This document shows positions 10,397 to 18,634 of a stretch of DNA of 64,000 nucleotides, piece after piece. The stretch comes from an uncultured virus (IMG/VR IMGVR_UViG_3300035698_035306). Lineage: Duplodnaviria; Heunggongvirae; Uroviricota; Caudoviricetes. Position 1 is the first letter of the stretch; every line of letters starts with the position of its first letter. The translations under genes were made by a program, and so were the position numbers. A model generated the notes under the pieces. That model saw only the letters and a list, made by a program, of their open reading frames with translations. It searched no databases and was not told the origin of the DNA. The stretch lies in the IMG/VR virus record IMGVR_UViG_3300035698_035306. One strand, 5' to 3'.

Positions 10397-10439
10397 AGTT
10401 GTCAAGGACAAAATGTCTTATAGAATGTCCTTGATACTG

Positions 10440-10512
10440 AGCGAAATGTGGGAATCGAACCCCGTCCTCTGGTTGGAAACCAGATGCTTTCAGCCATTAA
10501 GCTACATCTCGC
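10440..10512 (-). tRNA. tRNA-Gly(TCC)
   Basis: Loop TTTCCAA. Confidence 0.88.
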
Positions 10513-10584
10513 ATGGAGTTGCTAACTTCTAACAAATGAATAAATTCACTTTAAAGATGGGGAGTTAAAAGCCAACAACAGTTG

Positions 10585-10657
10585 AGCAGAATACCAGATT
10601 CGAACTGGCGTTTCCAGATTGGCAACCTGGTGCACTAACCAACTATGCTAATTCTGC
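10585..10657 (-). tRNA. tRNA-Gly(GCC)
   Basis: Loop TTGCCAA. Confidence 0.9.
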
Positions 10658-10662
10658 GTTTG

Positions 10663-10734
10663 CTCCTCGACAAGGGGTCGAACCTTGGACCTACTGGTTA
10701 ACAGCCAGTTGCTCTACCACTGAGCTATCGAGGA
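10663..10734 (-). tRNA. tRNA-Asn(GTT)
   Basis: Loop CTGTTAA. Confidence 0.93.
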
Positions 10735-10738
10735 ATGT

Positions 10739-10918
10739 TTACATTAACATGAACTTAAGCTTTAATTTAGCTTTGTCATATTTACTTTTAGTTTTTTCAA
10801 ACTCTTCATTTGATACATTGTTCTTATAATTCGAACTCTGTACTCTTTTCTTTAAAAATTCAACATATAATTTATGTTCTTCCAAAGAATTACGTTCCAC
10901 CTTTTTCTTTGTTTTCAT
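10739..10918 (-). CDS. small basic protein, 59 aa (MKTKKKVERNSLEEHKLYVEFLKKR...)
   Basis: Translated by hand; fills the gap between two tRNA-Asn genes. Confidence 0.6.
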   Translation of the reverse strand: MKTKKKVERNSLEEHKLYVEFLKKRVQSSNYKNNVSNEEFEKTKSKYDKAKLKLKFMLM

Positions 10919-10992
10919 GAGGGCCGGGAGAATTTCGAAATCTCGACATCTAGGTTAACGGCCTAGTGCTCTGCCTCTGAGCTACCAACCCA
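10919..10992 (-). tRNA. tRNA-Asn(GTT)
   Basis: Loop CCGTTAA. Confidence 0.82.
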
Positions 10993-10996
10993 TGTG

Positions 10997-11069
10997 AGCT
11001 TACGAACGGGGTCGAACCGATGACCGGCTCATTACAAGTGAGCTGCTCTACCAACTGAGCTACGCAAGC
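10997..11069 (-). tRNA. tRNA-Thr(TGT)
   Basis: Loop CTTGTAA. Confidence 0.92.
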
Positions 11070-11160
11070 ATTTTAAAAAGTGTAATAAGATGCACAAAAT
11101 ACATTAAATCCTGTCAGGTTTAATATAAATGAATCCCGTTGTGCATCATAATACACCTTG

Positions 11161-11233
11161 AGCTGTGAATGAGATTTGAACTCATGACCTTTTCCGTACC
11201 AGGGAAACGCTCTTCCAACTGAGCTATCAAAGC
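11161..11233 (-). tRNA. tRNA-Thr(GGT)
   Basis: Loop CTGGTAC. Confidence 0.9.
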
Positions 11234-11237
11234 AAGT

Positions 11238-11361
11238 ATACTACTAAAAGTTGTTTGTGACTGTGTTCAAGACAGTTGCCTAACCACTTGGCTATCTACG
11301 CTATTAGCGTGGAATTGGATTCGAACCAATGTTACTAGATTTTAGTTATTCTAAGTAGTAT
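11238..11361 (-). ncRNA. Y-RNA-like ncRNA: ACUUAGAA stem enclosing a circularly permuted tRNA (T arm, looped acceptor stem, D arm, anticodon arm)
   Basis: ATACTACTTAGAATAACTAAAA...ATTGGTTCGAATCCAAT TCCACGC-TAATA-GCGTAGA TAGCCAAGTGGTTAGGC ACTGT-CTTGAAC-ACAGT...TTTTAGTAGTAT. Confidence 0.75.
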
Positions 11362-11364
11362 TTG

Positions 11365-11436
11365 CCGGCAACGGGAGATTCGAACTCCAAACTTCGGCGT
11401 GACAGGCCGATATGTTACCATTACACTACGCTGCCG
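11365..11436 (-). tRNA. tRNA-Asp(GTC)
   Basis: Loop CTGTCAC. Confidence 0.9.
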
Positions 11437-11453
11437 TTGTAGTATATTATTAG

Positions 11454-11537
11454 AGCAGATAGTTGGATTCGAACCAACGTGGAATTACTTCAGCGGATTT
11501 GCAATCCGCCGCCTTCGACCTCTCGACCATATCTGCA
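11454..11537 (-). tRNA. tRNA-Cys(GCA) with long variable arm
   Basis: Loop TTGCAAA, U73. Confidence 0.85.
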
Positions 11538-11624
11538 TTTTAATAAAGCTGTCGGTTATCTTTTTTAAAAACTCAGCAGGAACCTTGTTTATAAAAAATC
11601 CTGATGATAACCTTTCAGCGTTAG

Positions 11625-11696
11625 TGGAGCTTACGGTAATCGAAACCGTGTCTTCTGGGTGCAAGCCAAATGTAATAGCCACTATACGAAAGCCCC
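11625..11696 (-). tRNA. tRNA-Ala(TGC)
   Basis: GGGGCTT acceptor with G3.U70, loop CTTGCAC. Confidence 0.9.
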
Positions 11697-11741
11697 GTTT
11701 TAGTTTTTTGATTGTCCAATAGAAACTAATAAACTATTTGG

Positions 11742-11810
11742 CGGTACCGAAGGGTATCGAACCCTCTCATCCAGCAGAGACAGTGCCGGCGCTTACCATC
11801 AGCCGATACC
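11742..11810 (-). tRNA. tRNA-Asp(GTC), atypical
   Basis: CCGGCA-CTGTCTC-TGCTGG; short D region. Confidence 0.65.
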
Positions 11811-11816
11811 AAATAG

Positions 11817-11898
11817 AGGAGGATAACGGAATCGAACCGTCTGCACGAATGCAGGCCTAGCGTTCAAAACTAGTTAAGCACCTGGCTTGCTATCCTCC
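11817..11898 (-). tRNA. tRNA-Ser(TGA)
   Basis: Loop TTTGAAC, long variable arm. Confidence 0.8.
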
Positions 11899-11911
11899 AT
11901 GGATAGTTTTG

Positions 11912-11996
11912 AGGAGAATACTGGAATTGAACCAGTGCAACGATTAAGTTGGACTCGGTTTAGCAAACCGGCACATTACCACTCTGTCAATTCTCC
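11912..11996 (-). tRNA. tRNA-Ser(GCT)
   Basis: Loop TTGCTAA, long variable arm. Confidence 0.88.
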
Positions 11997-12055
11997 ATAG
12001 ATACAATACGTCAAAGAACTATTTGTTCTAATTTTTTTTGCTTAGGTTTATTCCT

Positions 12056-12093
12056 AAAAAAAGTCTGGTTAAAAATTAATTTAGCCAGACTTT
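12056..12093 (-). terminator. attenuator terminator 1
   Basis: AAAGTCTGGCTAAA-loop-TTTAACCAGACT+T7. Confidence 0.85.
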
Positions 12094-12116
12094 AAAAATA
12101 TTGTTGAATTACTTCA

Positions 12117-12236
12117 TCATATTCGAATATCTGGCTTCACGTTCCCTGCATCAGCATTACAATCACTGCCTAAGGCTAGCGATAACGTCGATGTCAACGT
12201 GTTTAAGAGATTTGATATGTTAGTAATTGTCTTCAT
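12117..12236 (-). promoter_or_regulatory. leader peptide 1 MKTITNISNLLNTLTSTLSLALGSDCNADAGNVKPDIRI
   Basis: Codons 8-32 encode only S,N,L,T,A,G,D,C, the tRNAs downstream; AGCCAGA antiterminator. Confidence 0.85.
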
Positions 12237-12336
12237 TTGTTTGTTGTTTATATATTGTTGTTTGTTTGATGTTCTATACTAAAGTATCACAAAGTTTCGC
12301 AATAATTAAGTTTATTTCTGTTTTAATTACGTTTTT

Positions 12337-12594
12337 TTATTTAACGTATTGTTTAGCAGCACGATTAGCATCAGACAGTCTATCCCATGCGGTATGCAGT
12401 GCTCTTTCGAGTTCTCCTAAACCTATATATGAGATTTTAGATGAACTGTTTATTAAATCTTTGTGCATTTGTTCTGTTTCGGCTAGATATTTCTTCAGGA
12501 AATTAAGATGCTTTTCTACTTCCTTGTTACTTTTAATAAATTTCTTATCATCACCTTCATTTACAAACTCGTCAAATGTTTTAATATTTTCCAT
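12337..12594 (-). CDS. putative internal head protein (MENIKTFDEFVNE)
   Basis: N-terminal motif; TATATA upstream. Confidence 0.65.
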   Translation of the reverse strand: MENIKTFDEFVNEGDDKKFIKSNKEVEKHLNFLKKYLAETEQMHKDLINSSSKISYIGLGELERALHTAWDRLSDANRAAKQYVK

Positions 12595-12631
12595 AATCTA
12601 ATTACTTTTTATAACTAGATTATATATTGTG

Positions 12632-12704
12632 TTGGCCCTACCGGAATCGAACCGATGACCTTTTCGTTATGAGCGAACTGCTCTACCAACTGAGCTAAGG
12701 GCCA
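12632..12704 (-). tRNA. tRNA-Ile2(CAT), probable lysidine AUA reader
   Basis: GGCCCT acceptor, loop CTCATAA, elongator-type body. Confidence 0.75.
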
Positions 12705-12772
12705 ATGTCGCAATGTACTCCCCACATTAAAAGTTTATCTAAAGAGCTTTCCTTTAAATCTGGCATTGCGTG

Positions 12773-12844
12773 TAGCCCCAAGGAGAATCGAACTCCTATT
12801 TACAGGTTGAAAACCTGGCGTCCTAACCGTTAGACGATGGGGCC
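12773..12844 (-). tRNA. tRNA-Glu(TTC)
   Basis: Loop TTTTCAA. Confidence 0.9.
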
Positions 12845-12905
12845 ATGTATATTAACTAAGAAGGTTGGTTAAACCTTGAACCATAATGTCATAGTTAATA
12901 AATGG

Positions 12906-12979
12906 TTGGTCTGGAGGGGCTCGAACCCTCGACCCGATGATTAAGAGTCACCTACTCTGCCAACTGAGCTACAGACCAA
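12906..12979 (-). tRNA. tRNA-Lys(CTT)
   Basis: Loop CTCTTAA. Confidence 0.88.
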
Positions 12980-12989
12980 TGTATTATAG

Positions 12990-13062
12990 TAACCCATACG
13001 AGATTCGAACTCGTGACTTCAGATTGAAGGTCTGACGGCTTAACCAGCTTGCCGAATGGGCT
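12990..13062 (-). tRNA. tRNA-Glu(TTC)
   Basis: Loop CCTTCAA. Confidence 0.85.
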
Positions 13063-13067
13063 ATTTG

Positions 13068-13135
13068 TAACCATACAAGGAATCGAACCTCAATTTCTGC
13101 TGCAGACAGCGTCCTAACATTGGACGATATGATTA
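13068..13135 (-). ncRNA. Glu-like tRNA mimic with shortened anticodon arm
   Basis: Intact D and T arms; GCTGTCTGCAGC in place of a 7-nt anticodon loop. Confidence 0.55.
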
Positions 13136-13140
13136 AATAG

Positions 13141-13208
13141 AATTTCACTAATAGTTAACGTGTCAAATTAAAAGTTTGGTGTTTGTTTTTAGTTTTCTAA
13201 GTGAAATT
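13141..13208 (-). ncRNA. ACUUAGAA-stem ncRNA
   Basis: AATTTCACTTAGAAAACTAA...TTAGTGAAATT. Confidence 0.7.
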
Positions 13209-13212
13209 ATAG

Positions 13213-13299
13213 TAACCCCGCTGGGACTCGAACCCAGGACTCCTCGGTTAAAAGCCGAGTGCTCTACACCTTTCGGATATCCAACTGAGCTACGGAGTT
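13213..13299 (-). tRNA. tRNA-Lys(TTT) with a hairpin inserted in the D loop
   Basis: Loop CTTTTAA; D loop contains ATATCC-GAAA-GGTGT. Confidence 0.85.
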
Positions 13300-13337
13300 A
13301 TTATTAGTTATCAATATTTTAAAGAACTTGTTTTAGT

Positions 13338-13410
13338 AGCGCATACGAGAATCGAACTCGTGTTCCCACCGTGAAAGGGTGATGTCCTTAAACCACTAGA
13401 CGAATGCGCC
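13338..13410 (-). tRNA. tRNA-Glu(TTC)
   Basis: Loop CTTTCAC. Confidence 0.88.
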
Positions 13411-13416
13411 ATTTAG

Positions 13417-13489
13417 TTACTCATCTCAGGTTCGAACTGAGGACTCCCTGGTTAAAAGCCAGGTGCTCTACCAACTGAGCTAATGAGTA
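13417..13489 (-). tRNA. tRNA-Lys(TTT)
   Basis: Loop CTTTTAA. Confidence 0.9.
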
Positions 13490-13536
13490 ATCTATTTTAA
13501 AATCAAAATTTTAATGAACATGTAAGGTATAAACCT

Positions 13537-13572
13537 AAAAAAAGCCTGAAGAGTAATTCTTCAGGCTTGTTA
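13537..13572 (-). terminator. attenuator terminator 2
   Basis: TAACAAGCCTGAAGA-ATTAC-TCTTCAGGC+T7. Confidence 0.88.
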
Positions 13573-13593
13573 AATATTGTTTGACGCTAGATG

Positions 13594-13683
13594 TTAATCT
13601 GCGTGTTTATCTAACAAGCCTGCAGGTTCCTTCTCCTTTTTTATAGAAGTTGTTATTGCTGATATGTTAGTTAAGTTTCTCAT
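13594..13683 (-). promoter_or_regulatory. leader peptide 2 MRNLTNISAITTSIKKEKEPAGLLDKHAD
   Basis: ATA AAA AAG GAG AAG GAA control codons; CAGGCTTGTTA antiterminator. Confidence 0.88.
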
Positions 13684-13780
13684 TGTGTTTATTATTATCG
13701 TTGTTTATATATTGTTGTTTGTTTGATTGTTCTATACTAAAGTAAGCATTTGTTTCGCAATACCAAAGTTTATTTCTGAT

Positions 13781-14629
13781 TTAAATCAGTTTTTTTAATT
13801 TGTCTTTTAATTTATCAACCTCTAGCTTTAATCTAGCTGCAGATGCTTTTTTACCATCTCGTAAATCTTTCCACCTTTGTATAGATGTTTTCTCAGATTC
13901 GATACGTTTTTTATTATAAGCTGATTCGTCGTAGTTATAATTCTTATCTGCACCTCTTGATACAATGACGTCCCATTCAGGGTAATCTAACCAACCTGAG
14001 AATTTATCAGGATTCTCGTTTTTCTTTTTAATCAATAAAGCTCTTATATCAGGATTCTTCATCTTCCTGTCTTCTGAGTACTCATCCTTTAATACCTTTA
14101 TGCGAGATTCTAATCTTATTATGTCTTGCTGAATCTTATCGCCTTTACTTAGTTTCTTAAGTCTAGCTTTTAAAACTGCCTGTACCGTACTATTACCAGT
14201 CTTAGGTAAAGATGTACTTGTTAGATATCTATAATGAGGTCTCTGTACTAACCCCATTGCAATTATCACTTGTGTTTGTATCTGATAGGTCTTACCATCT
14301 CTTTTTACACTTGCTGACATAGAAAGTGAACCTTTAGTATTTTTTCTAAAATCTACTTCAACTAATTTATCAGAAGATTGAGTATATTTCTCAATTGACT
14401 TTATTAAATCCAACGTCGCAACTAATCTAGTTTGCTGTTCATCAAATTTAGACCAAGATGAAGCTTCTCCTTTTAAAGCTTTTTCTTCAATCCAAGCTCT
14501 TGTTTTCGCGATAACATCAAGAATTACTGGTTCAGCTTCTAATAATATTTTACTTAAAAGAGGATTGCCTTTAAACTGGTTCTTCTCATTTAAAAACTCG
14601 CTATATGATTCTGCTATGAATTTTGTCAT
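13781..14629 (-). CDS. putative internal head protein (MTKFIAESYSEFLNE)
   Basis: N-terminal motif. Confidence 0.6.
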   Translation of the reverse strand: MTKFIAESYSEFLNEKNQFKGNPLLSKILLEAEPVILDVIAKTRAWIEEKALKGEASSWSKFDEQQTRLVATLDLIKSIEKYTQSSDKLVEVDFRKNTKGSLSMSASVKRDGKTYQIQTQVIIAMGLVQRPHYRYLTSTSLPKTGNSTVQAVLKARLKKLSKGDKIQQDIIRLESRIKVLKDEYSEDRKMKNPDIRALLIKKKNENPDKFSGWLDYPEWDVIVSRGADKNYNYDESAYNKKRIESEKTSIQRWKDLRDGKKASAARLKLEVDKLKDKLKKLI

Positions 14630-14773
14630 TTCTGCTGGAAAATAATTTTAAATATATATTGAAATATCTGGCCAGCCTAGCCCTCTCTAGAGTAGGCTTA
14701 CCGCTGGGAAGCTTAGATTTATTGTATTGGGGTTTGTCGCCTTTGTTTCAAAAATAGTCAAAAAAACTTTGAA

Positions 14774-15184
14774 TTAATCCCAATGTTTTCCATATAATCT
14801 GTCTATCTCTTTCTCTTGGAACTTGTTAACTTCTTCGTTTTTTATGATACGATTCTCTAAACCATTTATGAATAGAATAAGCTCCTTTTTTTCCTTTTCT
14901 TCTTTTTCCAAAAGTTTACTTAAATCTGAATCAAGTTCATTTTTCCAATCTGATGCTCGGTTATATCGTTTATCTGACCGTTGCATAAGTACTTCTATTT
15001 CAGCTTTCCTTTCCTTCTGTTCTATTTTGATATCCTTTGTATTATCAAAAATACTTTGGTAAGCTAAAGATGCACTTATTAAAATACCTCCGAAGAAGAT
15101 TAATATTGCGGCATACTCTTTTACGCGATGTACCCATTTGTCAATTCCTTTAAAACTCTTTTCGGTTTTATTATCATCCTCCAT
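14774..15184 (-). CDS. single-pass membrane coiled-coil protein
   Basis: TM segment AAILIFFGGILISASLAY followed by coiled coil. Confidence 0.65.
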   Translation of the reverse strand: MEDDNKTEKSFKGIDKWVHRVKEYAAILIFFGGILISASLAYQSIFDNTKDIKIEQKERKAEIEVLMQRSDKRYNRASDWKNELDSDLSKLLEKEEKEKKELILFINGLENRIIKNEEVNKFQEKEIDRLYGKHWD

Positions 15185-15209
15185 TTTTAGTTAGTACTTA
15201 TTTTAATTG

Positions 15210-15282
15210 TAACTCTGGTGAGACTCGAACTCACAACCTCCCGGTTCGTAGCCGGGTGCGCTATCCATTTGCGCCACAGAGC
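15210..15282 (-). tRNA. tRNA-Arg(ACG)
   Basis: Loop CTACGAA. Confidence 0.92.
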
Positions 15283-15302
15283 TGTATGTAGTATATATAA
15301 AA

Positions 15303-15613
15303 AATAGACGAGGTAATTAGGCTCCTGTTACGTTTTTCAACGTCAACAACATTTGTCTATTCTCCTCAACCCGACTATTATAGACCGTTGCTAAATCTAA
15401 GTCTGTTTGAGTTTCACTCCGGTAGTGAAAACGATTGATTATGGGTCTTTCGGGGTTACTGGTTTGTAAGGTGGTACTATTAACCCTTTTTCCTTTTGTC
15501 TTCCAGTTACCTGGTTTTGGTAACCTTACCTAACAGCTTTAACTATCAATCTCCTACCTGCACTTTAGTGGCCAAATTTCCTCTCCGTAGAGCGTTGTTG
15601 TCACTCGTCTATT
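15303..15613 (-). ncRNA. rnpB: RNase P RNA (compact)
   Basis: P1 AATAGACGAG/CTCGTCTATT; CR-I GAGGAAATTTGGC; P2 CAACAAC/GTTGTTG; CR-IV TAGACAAATG; CR-V AACAGGAGCCTAATTA. Confidence 0.8.
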
Positions 15614-16077
15614 TCTATTCCTCTATCCAATCTGTGTAAAATTCTTAAGGTTCTACCATTTGGATGGATATACTTATTATTATTTAAAAATTCTTTATTA
15701 TCTAATTGTAAAAATTCATTTGCATATGTTCCGATTGCACCACTTCTTGAAATACCAGCTGCACAATGTACAATTAACAAATTACATTTTTCTTTATCAA
15801 TACTTTCTAAGAACTTAATTAATTTCTTACCTTGCTCAAATGAAAAACCCTTAGCAGTATATGTTGCGGTTTCCAATTCAGCTTTCTCAATATCATCAAA
15901 ATCGAAATTCAAAACATTCACATGGTCTTCTTTAAACCAATGTTGGTAACCTTGTTCAAATGTTTCCACTACAGAAATTAAAGCTAACTTTGTTTTCTCT
16001 TCAATGTTACCATCATTAAGATTATGTTTCTTCATTGTTTCATCGAACTGCCTCTGTGGTACTATTAAAATCTTCAT
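15601..16077 (-). CDS. tyrosine/dual-specificity phosphatase-like protein
   Basis: F-DD acid loop and VHCAAGISRS P-loop. Confidence 0.85.
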   Translation of the reverse strand: MKILIVPQRQFDETMKKHNLNDGNIEEKTKLALISVVETFEQGYQHWFKEDHVNVLNFDFDDIEKAELETATYTAKGFSFEQGKKLIKFLESIDKEKCNLLIVHCAAGISRSGAIGTYANEFLQLDNKEFLNNNKYIHPNGRTLRILHRLDRGIEIDE

Positions 16078-16263
16078 CTATTCAAAGTTAATTTGTTTAT
16101 TCTCTCGTCTGTTGTAGGTCTTCTTAGACTTATGTGTCGCATGCATAGATATAAATCCATTACCGAACTCTAATTCTGCCTCTCTACTGCCTCTTCTGTT
16201 TGCTTTGATATAATCAATATCTGTCAGTGTAGGTTTCTTTATGTTCTTTTTGCGCTTTGCCAT
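16078..16263 (-). CDS. small basic protein, possible ArfA-like ribosome rescue factor
   Basis: KANRRGSREAELE...HKSKKTYNRR, loosely resembling the ArfA KGKGSY tail. Confidence 0.4.
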   Translation of the reverse strand: MAKRKKNIKKPTLTDIDYIKANRRGSREAELEFGNGFISMHATHKSKKTYNRRENKQINFE

Positions 16264-16331
16264 TATTTCTATTTATTATTAATTACAAGATAAAAGTAAC
16301 AAAAAATATTCAGAAGCCAAAGTATTAACCT

Positions 16332-16359
16332 AAAAAAAGCGGTCCGAAGACCGCTTTTT
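16332..16359 (-). terminator. intrinsic terminator after the TROVE-like gene
   Basis: AAAAGCGGTC-TTCG-GACCGCTTTTTTT. Confidence 0.85.
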
Positions 16360-16376
16360 GTATATAGTTATAATGA

Positions 16377-18305
16377 TTAAGCTATTACAGAGTAACGCTT
16401 GTCATCGTAAATACTCCAAAGTTCATCTTCTGGGTTTACACTTCCTGTCTTAATTCCGCGAAGAATTTGAGAAAGTACACCTTCACTGAAGCCGCTTACT
16501 AATAGAATATTTGGTATACCTTTAATTTGCTGTGCAAATGAATCAGGTAGTCTTTGAATACCCCAGAACACCATAAGTGGGTTCCATCCGATACTGTATG
16601 CAAGTTCAAGGGCCTCCTTTGGAGACTTACCTGTATTGTTTTCCATATCAGTAATGTAAAGTAATGCGTTTGGTAAATCTTCAACATGCATCTTATTGTC
16701 TTTCACTAATTTTACAAAGTGTTGGATTGAAGCGAACATATTTGTTGAACTAATATCACCTGGGTTTGAACGAGTTATGCTTTCAAAGTTCTCAGTAAAA
16801 GTTTTCTTTTCACTTAATATGTTATAAGCATTCACCTTCTTAGTATAAGCGTTAGCTGCAACATAAGAGTTTGGTGCTTCATTTACATATTTAGACTTAC
16901 CAATAATTTTGAAGTCTGAACTGAACCAGCCGAAAGTATTTCTAAATTCTTGAACTGGGTTTCTTGTACTGAACACAATTGCTAATGATGCTGCTACTTG
17001 CCAGCATGTTAAATGACTAAATTTATTATCAGCTACGCTTGAGTTACCCCAATAGCTTCTGGTAATACTTGAACTCATTGAACCACTACCATCAATGATT
17101 GGGAATACGTTCGCAACAAGGTCCATCTTTTCAATCATAGATTGGTAAGTGTTGTTAACCATTTGCTTAGTAGTATTTCCTTTAAGCATACTTGACATTA
17201 AATCTACAGTCTGTACTCCTGTTGACTTAACTTTGAATTGCTTCATTAATTTCTCCTTAGCTTCTACGTCATCGTTAGATGCAGCTTCTCTAAGTTGGTC
17301 GGCAATATTTTCTTGACCATTTTCCCATTCAATGAAGTAATTACCAAGTTCTCCCCATTTCTCTTTCGCAACTAACTTGTCATCATCTTTGAAACATACT
17401 GTCTTAGACACCATGAATCTTTGACCAGTTGTAAGTTTGTTAAGGAACTCAATGAAGTCAGACTTAGCCATAGTTAAAACTGACTTAGAACTGATAGCTT
17501 GTTCAGCTGTATCTTGTAGTTTTCTAAAGTTCTTGTATTGTTCAACAGACCAATCCATTCTCTTACAGAATCCTAAAATCCAAGTGTTAACTAATTTTTG
17601 CTTGTCAAGTGTAATAGTTTGCTTATCTCTTGGGTAAGAAACTACATCACCAGTCTTCACTGTAATCTTTTCTGTACCATTTTTAACAAGTACGCCATTA
17701 AGCTTTACCCAAGCTTTACCTTCAGGTAATGTCCATTTGAAAGAATCAACATCTTTTCTTGACTTAATCACTTTCTTAGTAGTTCTAGACTTGCCAGACA
17801 TGTACTTAGGTAAGTGCTTCGCAATAAGGTTTACATTCTTTCCTGCTAGAATTTGACTAGCTAAGTAGTCATATACTACAGCTTCATTAGGAAACAGAAC
17901 TTCTGTCTTAATAAGCTTACCAGTATTTCTATCAGTAGTGTTTTGATAAAACATAAGGTTGTCAAGAACTGTAAATTCTACGATAGCTCTAATGTTTCTT
18001 GCAAAACTTTCTGGCATTTTAGTACTCCACCATCTTAAGATACTTCTAAAAGTCTCTCTTTCTTGGGCACCACCCGTTGGTGATTTAATACCAAGTTCAT
18101 CAAGTAAGTTGTGTTGTCTACTGATGTCTCCAACGTGTAGCATCACTCTTTCAAGCATGTTTACCATTTCATTCTTATTACATTCCACAAATGACTTGTT
18201 AAGCATTGCGTGAATATCTCTATCATTACCACCTTTGGTGGTTCTAAGAGCTTGTAACACAGTTAATGTTACTGGAAATTCTTTTCTGTTTGTTTCGTTT
18301 TTCAT
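16377..18305 (-). CDS. DUF2828/TROVE(Ro60)-like helical + vWA domain protein
   Basis: GGAQERETFR (DUF2828-type GGxGERxxFR), AKHLPK, vWA MIDAS IDGSGSM, STN, ITDME, FW, VSGFS. Confidence 0.72.
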   Translation of the reverse strand: MKNETNRKEFPVTLTVLQALRTTKGGNDRDIHAMLNKSFVECNKNEMVNMLERVMLHVGDISRQHNLLDELGIKSPTGGAQERETFRSILRWWSTKMPESFARNIRAIVEFTVLDNLMFYQNTTDRNTGKLIKTEVLFPNEAVVYDYLASQILAGKNVNLIAKHLPKYMSGKSRTTKKVIKSRKDVDSFKWTLPEGKAWVKLNGVLVKNGTEKITVKTGDVVSYPRDKQTITLDKQKLVNTWILGFCKRMDWSVEQYKNFRKLQDTAEQAISSKSVLTMAKSDFIEFLNKLTTGQRFMVSKTVCFKDDDKLVAKEKWGELGNYFIEWENGQENIADQLREAASNDDVEAKEKLMKQFKVKSTGVQTVDLMSSMLKGNTTKQMVNNTYQSMIEKMDLVANVFPIIDGSGSMSSSITRSYWGNSSVADNKFSHLTCWQVAASLAIVFSTRNPVQEFRNTFGWFSSDFKIIGKSKYVNEAPNSYVAANAYTKKVNAYNILSEKKTFTENFESITRSNPGDISSTNMFASIQHFVKLVKDNKMHVEDLPNALLYITDMENNTGKSPKEALELAYSIGWNPLMVFWGIQRLPDSFAQQIKGIPNILLVSGFSEGVLSQILRGIKTGSVNPEDELWSIYDDKRYSVIA

Positions 18306-18320
18306 TGTCTTTAAATTTTA

Positions 18321-18429
18321 ATCTAACTAAAAAATTTTAATGCCGGGATTGAACCAGCGACCTTTTTGTGATTAGCAAAATGCTCTACCAACTGAGCGAA
18401 TTAAATTGTTTAGTTGTTCTAAGTTAGAT
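18321..18429 (-). ncRNA. Y-RNA-like ncRNA: ACUUAGAA stem extending a tRNA-like cloverleaf
   Basis: ATCTAACTTAGAACAACTAAA..GCTCAGTTGGTAGAGC..TTTTG-CTAATCA-CAAAA..GCTGGTTCAATCCCGGC..TTTAGTTAGAT. Confidence 0.75.
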
Positions 18430-18433
18430 ATTA

Positions 18434-18570
18434 GGTGGCGAGGGGTGGATTCTAACCACCGATATCAATCGTATGAAAATTGTGCATTAACTTTAAACTA
18501 ATGTTTATGTTTTCTAAGTGGTATACTTGTAAAACCACTATAAGTGTTTGTTTTACTGTGCTACCTCGCC
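18434..18570 (-). ncRNA. tRNA-like RNA (CAT loop) with the ACUUAGAA module inserted in the D loop
   Basis: GGCGAGG/CCTCGCC acceptor, GGTGG-TTAGAAT-CCACC T arm, insert TAGTGG..CCACTTAGAAAAC. Confidence 0.7.
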
Positions 18571-18634
18571 ATAATTAAAAATGAATTTCTATGCACCTTA
18601 CTGGTCTATGAACATTCTAACGGTCCCGTATATC

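Noticed and set aside
11625..11696. GGGGCT start as tmRNA
   Set aside because: It closes as a normal 72-nt tRNA-Ala(TGC).
11399..11722. ORFs 11399+, 11485-, 19028+, 20067+, 22060+, 24304+ and 31193+
   Set aside because: They overlap tRNA/ncRNA genes and are shadow ORFs.
18434..18570. D-loop inserts as archaeal bulge-helix-bulge introns
   Set aside because: There is no 3-4-3 geometry, no splicing endonuclease is visible, and the same module occurs in stand-alone RNAs.
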